A stretch of 63,912 nucleotides of DNA, the filler included, from Reclinomonas americana ATCC 50394 (taxonomy: Eukaryota), in NCBI GenBank assembly GCA_048213135.1. It is 5 parts of 2 records of this genome, joined end to end, with 100 filler letters (N's around TTAATTAATTAA, not from the genome) between each part and the next. Parts side by side here need not be neighbours in the genome. Positions count along the whole stretch, not along the records: positions 56,849 to 62,509 come from PS015059.1; positions 62,610 to 63,912 come from PS015067.1; 3 more parts are not named here. One strand, 5' to 3'. The notes under the pieces were generated by a model. The model saw nothing but the letters and a program-made list of their open reading frames with translations. It made no database searches and had not been told where the DNA came from. Positions 58,680 to 63,912 of the stretch are shown piece after piece; position 1 is the first letter of the stretch; each line of letters begins with the position of its first letter. Both the position numbers and the translations under genes were made by a program.

Positions 58680-59806
58680 CACACAAAAGATGGGCGAAAG
58701 TGCGCTGCAGCCCGTCTCCTCTCTTCATCAACTGAACGAGACGGAAGGCCTGACGCCCTCCCTTTCCTTTCTTCCTCCATCCAAAAGAAGTGGCAAAAGC
58801 ATACAAGCACTGGGGCTTCCCAAGTGGTCCCCCACCCTAGTACTGACCCAGCTGAACGCGGCTTAACTTCACAGATCGGACGGGATGTGGTGTTTTCCGC
58901 GTCATGTGGCCGTATGCGACTACTCAAGCGAAAGAGTGCACGGGGGGATTGCACAGAAGAGGAGAGTGGAAAGGAAAAACGATGAAAGAGAGCGGGGAGG
59001 GAGAGAGTGTGAGAGAGAGAGAGAGAGAGTGTGTGTGTGAGAGAGTGAGAGAGAGTGAGTGAGCGAGTAGAATGTGTGAGCGTGTGGGTGAGAGAGAGAG
59101 AGAGAGAGAGAGAGTGTGTGTGAGTGTGTGAGTGAGTGTGAGTGAGTGTGAGTGAGAGTGTGTGAGTGAGTGTGAGTGAGAGTGTGAGCGAGTGTGAGAG
59201 TGTGTGTGAGAGTGTGTGAGTGTGTGTGAGTGTGAGTGAGAGTGTGTGAGAGTGTGTGAGAGTGTGAGAGAGTACAGTAAGAAGAGTGTGAGAAAGTGCG
59301 AGAGAGTGTGAGTGTGTGCATGCATTCTTCCGCTCCTCTATCCTCTCTCCCCCTCCTCTCTCTCTCCCTCCCTCTCTCCTTCTCCCTCCCTCTCTCTTCC
59401 CCCCAAGCGCGCGTGTGCGTCTGCTGCACATGCACATCACCACCACCACACTCACCTCTCCCATCCACCGCACCAAGTCGCGCACCAACGGCCGCATCTC
59501 CACCACATGCGCCTGCGGAAGATCACGCGCCGCCTCCTCCTCCGACTTGCCCTCGATGATCGCCGACGCGGCGCTGAGCAGAGCGCTGCAGTGCGCCGAC
59601 TCAATCACCAGTTGCCGCACGCGACCCCAGTCAATCACCACTTCCTCTTCTTCCTCTTCTTCCTCTGCTGCTGCTGGTGGTGCGGGTACGGGTGCGGGAG
59701 GAACAACATCGCCTGCTGCTGCTGCGAGCACAGGGAACTGGCCGACTTGCTGCTCTTGTTGCTGTTGGAGACGAGCGTTCTCGCCATTCTCTCCGTTCTC
59801 GGCCAT
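53715..59806 (-). CDS. Importin-beta family karyopherin (importin-4/5-like HEAT repeats); 3'-partial, split across spacer 56793
   Basis: [25 protein letters not shown]...[45 protein letters not shown]...[31 protein letters not shown]. These follow the order of IPO5/Kap121 HEAT motifs. Putative first exon 59806-59456. Confidence 0.75.
58798..58917 (-). rRNA. 5S rRNA gene, full length (~120 nt)
   Basis: GCATACGGCCACATGACGCGGAAAACACCACATCCCGTCCGATCTGTGAAGTTAAGCCGCGTTCAGCTGGGTCAGTACTAGGGTGGGGGACCACTTGGGAAGCCCCAGTGCTTGTATGCT. It has a terminal stem (GCATAC/GTATGC), the CCCGTCCGATCT loop, box A AGTTAAGC, box C region AGTACTAGGGTGGGGGACC and a TTTT terminator. Confidence 0.95.
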
Positions 59807-60043
59807 TGGTGATTGATTGTAGTTGTTCGGAGTCGATGTCGACTTGCAAAACCACAGGGCATTCACCTGCGGCCCCAGCTGCTGATCACCATGCTACTTT
59901 CATTGCAGGGATACTGTGTTGTCTGTTCCGGATCCGATGTTGCAACTGGGAAGCGGATCTGGAATTCGATCACGAAGGCCAAGAGACTGGCATCGATATC
60001 GAGAAGGGTTCAGAAGTAAACTACGCCATGCCGTGCCGCCAGT

Positions 60044-60226
60044 AAACGCTATGCTTCCGTGCAAGTGCGTCAAATCCGATGTTCGACTATCTTGTACAAG
60101 TTCGCCTTAGGGTCCAAAGTAAACGACGCCATGCACGTTTGAACGTGCCGTGCATGACCGCAAGAAAACGCTATGCGTCCATGCAAGTGCGTCAAATCCA
60201 ATGTTCGACCACTTGTACAAGTTCGA
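60044..60226. repeat. ~60-bp direct repeat
   Basis: AAACGCTATGC.TCC.TGCAAGTGCGTCAAATCC.ATGTTCGAC...CTTGTACAAGTTCG occurs twice, ~121 bp apart. Confidence 0.85.
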
Positions 60227-60388
60227 AGCTCCGAGAGTTAACACATAGAACACATACAACCACTGTCTTCAAACAACCAAGCTCTGGGGTTATTGTAAGA
60301 ACACGGGTTACCAGATGACCCGTTCCGTTTCTCTTGTTGTCAGTCACTGCAGCCCGCTCCTTCCCCCGTACACAAATATTACTCACAT

Positions 60389-61040
60389 TCACTCCCCACC
60401 ACCACCCGCCGCCACTCGTTCTGGATCCGCCCGCTCTCTTGCGCTCTGAATCTGCTGCAGCGCCTCGACAATGTCGGTGTAGTAACAACTCTCCATCGGC
60501 GTCTTGCCGTTGCGATTGCGGTGCGCCAGCAGCCGCGCGTCTTGCGTCGCTAGCCACGTACATGTGGCGACGTTGTTACCGGCGGCCACGGCCACGTGCA
60601 GCATGTTGCGACCGCCGTCGTCGGTGTGTGAGACCAACACGTCGCTCCATGGTTGTGGGTATGTGGTGGCCACCCACTGTGCGCGCTTGTTCATGAGTGC
60701 CGTATCTACGCGGATTGGTCGTTGCTTCTCCTTCACTTCTTTCCTTCGCTCACTCAAGTAGCACGCTCTCTCCTCACACAAACTCACACATTTTCCCACT
60801 TGCTCACTCATTGTGTGTGTGTGTCTCTCTCTCCATCCCCGCTGTCATTCCTTTGTCTCTCAGTTGCCCGCTGACTTTCTCACTCTGCATTCACCATGAA
60901 ACGCAAAGAGCTCCCGACAACTATGGGATGTGCTTTCTCTCCCTCTTTCTCCTTGCACCGCATCTCTATTTTGCCCTTGGGATTATATCTCACTGCATTC
61001 GGCCGTTCACGAGTGCAATAACGTCGTTCTCCTTCTCCTG

Positions 61041-61071
<31 letters not shown>

Positions 61072-62251
61072 CTCCTTCTCTCCCTCTTCCCCCTCCTTTT
61101 CCTCCTTTCCCCTCAGTTCCTCTCCTTTTTTCCTTTCCCTCCTTCCCCACAAGTATGCAAGTGCTCTCTCTCCCTCTTTCTTCTTGCATCGCATCTCCAT
61201 CTTGCCCTTGGAAATATCTCTCACTGCATACGGCCGCTCTCGAGTGCGAAACCCTCGCTCTTCTTCTCCTTTCCCTATTTCCTCTCACTCCCTCCCTTCC
61301 CCTTCCCCCTCTTCTCTCCCTTCCCCCTTCCCCCTCCTTCCCCCTCCTTCTCCCCTTATCCCCTTCCCCCTCCTTCCCCCGTCTCCCCTCCTGCACCTTC
61401 AACACATCCAACCTCGCAAACTTGGCCGCCTCCATCACCAACGCCTTGAGCGCCGCCACCTGCATCTCCGCCTCCCCAATCCTCTCCATGGCCTCGTGGA
61501 ACTCCTCCACCGTGCCATTGGTGGCCAGCAGCGACAACACCGCGGCGACCTCGGGCGCCAGCGACGCATACACCGACCTACTGCCGCGTGGTGTTAGCAT
61601 CGCCAAGCAAAGCAACTCACTCTCGCCTCCACACAACGAGTGAGTACCTCGACAGACTGCCTCCATTCGGCGACGTCGTCGTCATCGCTCCCACTGATCG
61701 CGACGACGCCGTCGAGTCCTCACTGTCGCGTCGAGTGGCCGCACGCGCCACTTGCTCCTTGTGCGCGGCCGCCAGCAGCTCAATCATGGCCGGCGACCCA
61801 TTCTGCGCACGCAACATCTCCTCGGGCGTCTGTCGCGCCTGATTCGCCTCACGCAGCATCCACGGCTCATATTTCAGCAGCCACGTGACCACACTAAACA
61901 GAGGGTGAGTCAGCCAGGCACGCGTGCAGGAAAGAGAGAGCAAAAAGACACGGACTTTTGCGCGTTTCGTTCGGCCGCCGCATGCAACAGTGTGTTCCCG
62001 CTCTCCGCGTCTCTCATCATCTCCGCGCGCCAGCAGCCGGGCTTGGAGCGCAACGACTGCAGCACGTCCTCTCTGTTGTGCTCCACGGCCAGCCACGAGA
62101 CGATGCGTGGAGGAACTCGCTGTGATTGTGACGATGATTTGGTGGGGAGGAGGAGTCGGCGATCGCTCTCGGCAATGTTGACAATGTAGGTGGCGCCGAC
62201 TTGCTGCACAAAGTGGCTCTCGAGGTGCTGCAGTGCTTCGTCTAGTGGCAT
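60389..62251 (-). CDS. Ankyrin-repeat protein (start uncertain)
   Basis: DAESGNTLLHAAAERNAQK|VVTWLL...NQARQTPEEML and DDGGRNMLHVAVAAGNNVATCTWL...RNRNGKTPME. Confidence 0.75.
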
Positions 62252-62316
62252 GTGTGGGCTGTGTGGAGGGAGAAGAAAGAAGGAAAGGGAGAGATGAGTG
62301 CGGAGAAGAGAGGAGT

Positions 62317-62378
<62 letters not shown>

Positions 62379-62959
62379 GAGGAGGAGGAGGAGGAGGAGG
62401 AGGTAGGTGTCGTCCGTACCGTACGACGTCTCTTCTTCTCTCGTCGTCCGACGTACGTACCACCTACTTCGTCCGACTCGTTCGTTCGTTACCGTACCCT
62501 ACCTCCTACNNNNNNNNNNNNNNNNNNNNNNNNNNNNNNNNNNNNNNNNNNNNTTAATTAATTAANNNNNNNNNNNNNNNNNNNNNNNNNNNNNNNNNNN
62601 NNNNNNNNNACTGCTTGAGAAGGAGGAGGAGGCAGCAACACAATGTACGAATACGCTATAGGCCAAAGGTTGGTTTCATTGCAGCTTATGGAGATCGAGT
62701 GTTCAAATACTAGCTCGTGGCCGCAACAGCAGCAGCAGCAGCACCGACGGTCACGATACGTCGCATAGTCTCTGGCGAACCACAGACTTCGAGATTGAAG
62801 AAACCGCCGAAACTCAAGCGAAGGAACTCTTGGTTGTCGTGGCAACGTCGACTGGTGGCCGAAGTGTGGTCCATGGTGGTGATAGAGGAAGACAATGTTC
62901 TTCTTGCTTCTTCTTTCTTCCAACACCATGAAACATTTGCGGAGGTACGGTGTGCGGAC

Positions 62960-63912
62960 CACTCGTCCCGGAGTCCCTCACCCTCCCACACCCCCACTCC
63001 TCCTACCTCTCCCCCACCCTCCATGGACGGCTCCCTCCGCCCACCACCTCCCCCACCACGCTCTCGGCGTGGCACTGGTGGCGGTGGAGGCCAACCACAA
63101 GGCACCATCTTCGCCGCCGATGACACCTCGGCCTACGCCGCCGACGACTCCTCCTCCTCCTCCATGCGCCTCACTCTCAACGACATGCTCAACGCCGACG
63201 ACCAGTCGCCCTCTCCATACTCAGGCGGCGTCTACGGTGCCGGTGTCGCCAATGAAACACGCGTTTTCGCGCCACCTCCTGCTCCCATCACCGCGCAGCC
63301 TCCCCCTCCTCCTCCTCCTCCGCGTCCACAGTCAGCCGCAGCTCCTCTGCCTCCAATGGCCTCAGCAGCAGCTCCACCATCGACACCACCACCACCGATG
63401 ACTATGGCGCCAATGTCGTTGCCTCCGTATGCGCAGACAGCTCCGCCCACACCGCAACCGCCTCCTCCGCAGCAAATGCCCGCGCCTCCCGTGCTCCGCC
63501 CGCAGTCCATGTCCTCGTCCAGTGGAGGCGTGCTGGGCGGCATCGAGGCCGCCGTGGCCGTCATGCCCAGTTCCATGGAGTTCGCCGCCGATGCACCGGT
63601 GAAGACAACAGTGTGACTTGCTGGTAGGTTGTTGTTGTTTGCTCAGCGCGCGCGTGCAGGTGGCCACCAATGTGCACTCGACGGCTCCTCCGGCCATGAC
63701 GCGCAAGGAGATCAACGCTGCCGTGTTCGCGTCGGCGCTGGTGTCGGCCGTGCCCGATGTGCACGTGGGCGCGGAGAGAACGGGTCGTTTGCGCCCTCCG
63801 CCTGTGCCTGGCTCGGCGTACTCGGCAGCGCTGCCTTCACTGCGTGAGCTGGCGGTGGCGCGACTGCGTGAGGAGGAGCAGGCGCCGGCAGCGGCGGCTG
63901 CGGCGGCGGCGG
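62960..63912 (+). CDS. Proline-rich hypothetical protein, partial
   Basis: Open Pro/Ser/Ala-rich frame to ~63610, short intron ending GCAG at 63659, then the frame stays open to the window end. Confidence 0.4.

Overview
Eukaryotic, probably protist, draft-genome sequence made of five pieces joined by artificial N-TTAATTAATTAA-N spacers. It has many internal N gaps and CT/CA/GA microsatellites. It is gene-dense, with mostly 55-80 nt GT-AG introns plus a few repeat-expanded long ones. Recognisable genes: an ELAPOR/KIAA1324-like cysteine-rich type I membrane protein, a small histone-fold protein, a two-EF-hand protein, an SPX-EXS phosphate exporter (XPR1/SYG1/PHO1 family), an RNI-like LRR protein, a TRF4/PAPD5-type poly(A) polymerase, a partial 7TM protein, a frameshifted FN3-repeat protein, MSH6, an importin-4/5-like karyopherin and an ankyrin-repeat protein. 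There is one complete 5S rRNA gene, apparently inside the importin first intron. The most striking signal is in splicing: about 14 introns in 9 genes use an atypical donor, mostly A|GTTGCG. This looks like the ordinary G|GTGCGT donor shifted by one nucleotide. All gene models were spliced and recognised by eye; no database searches were run.
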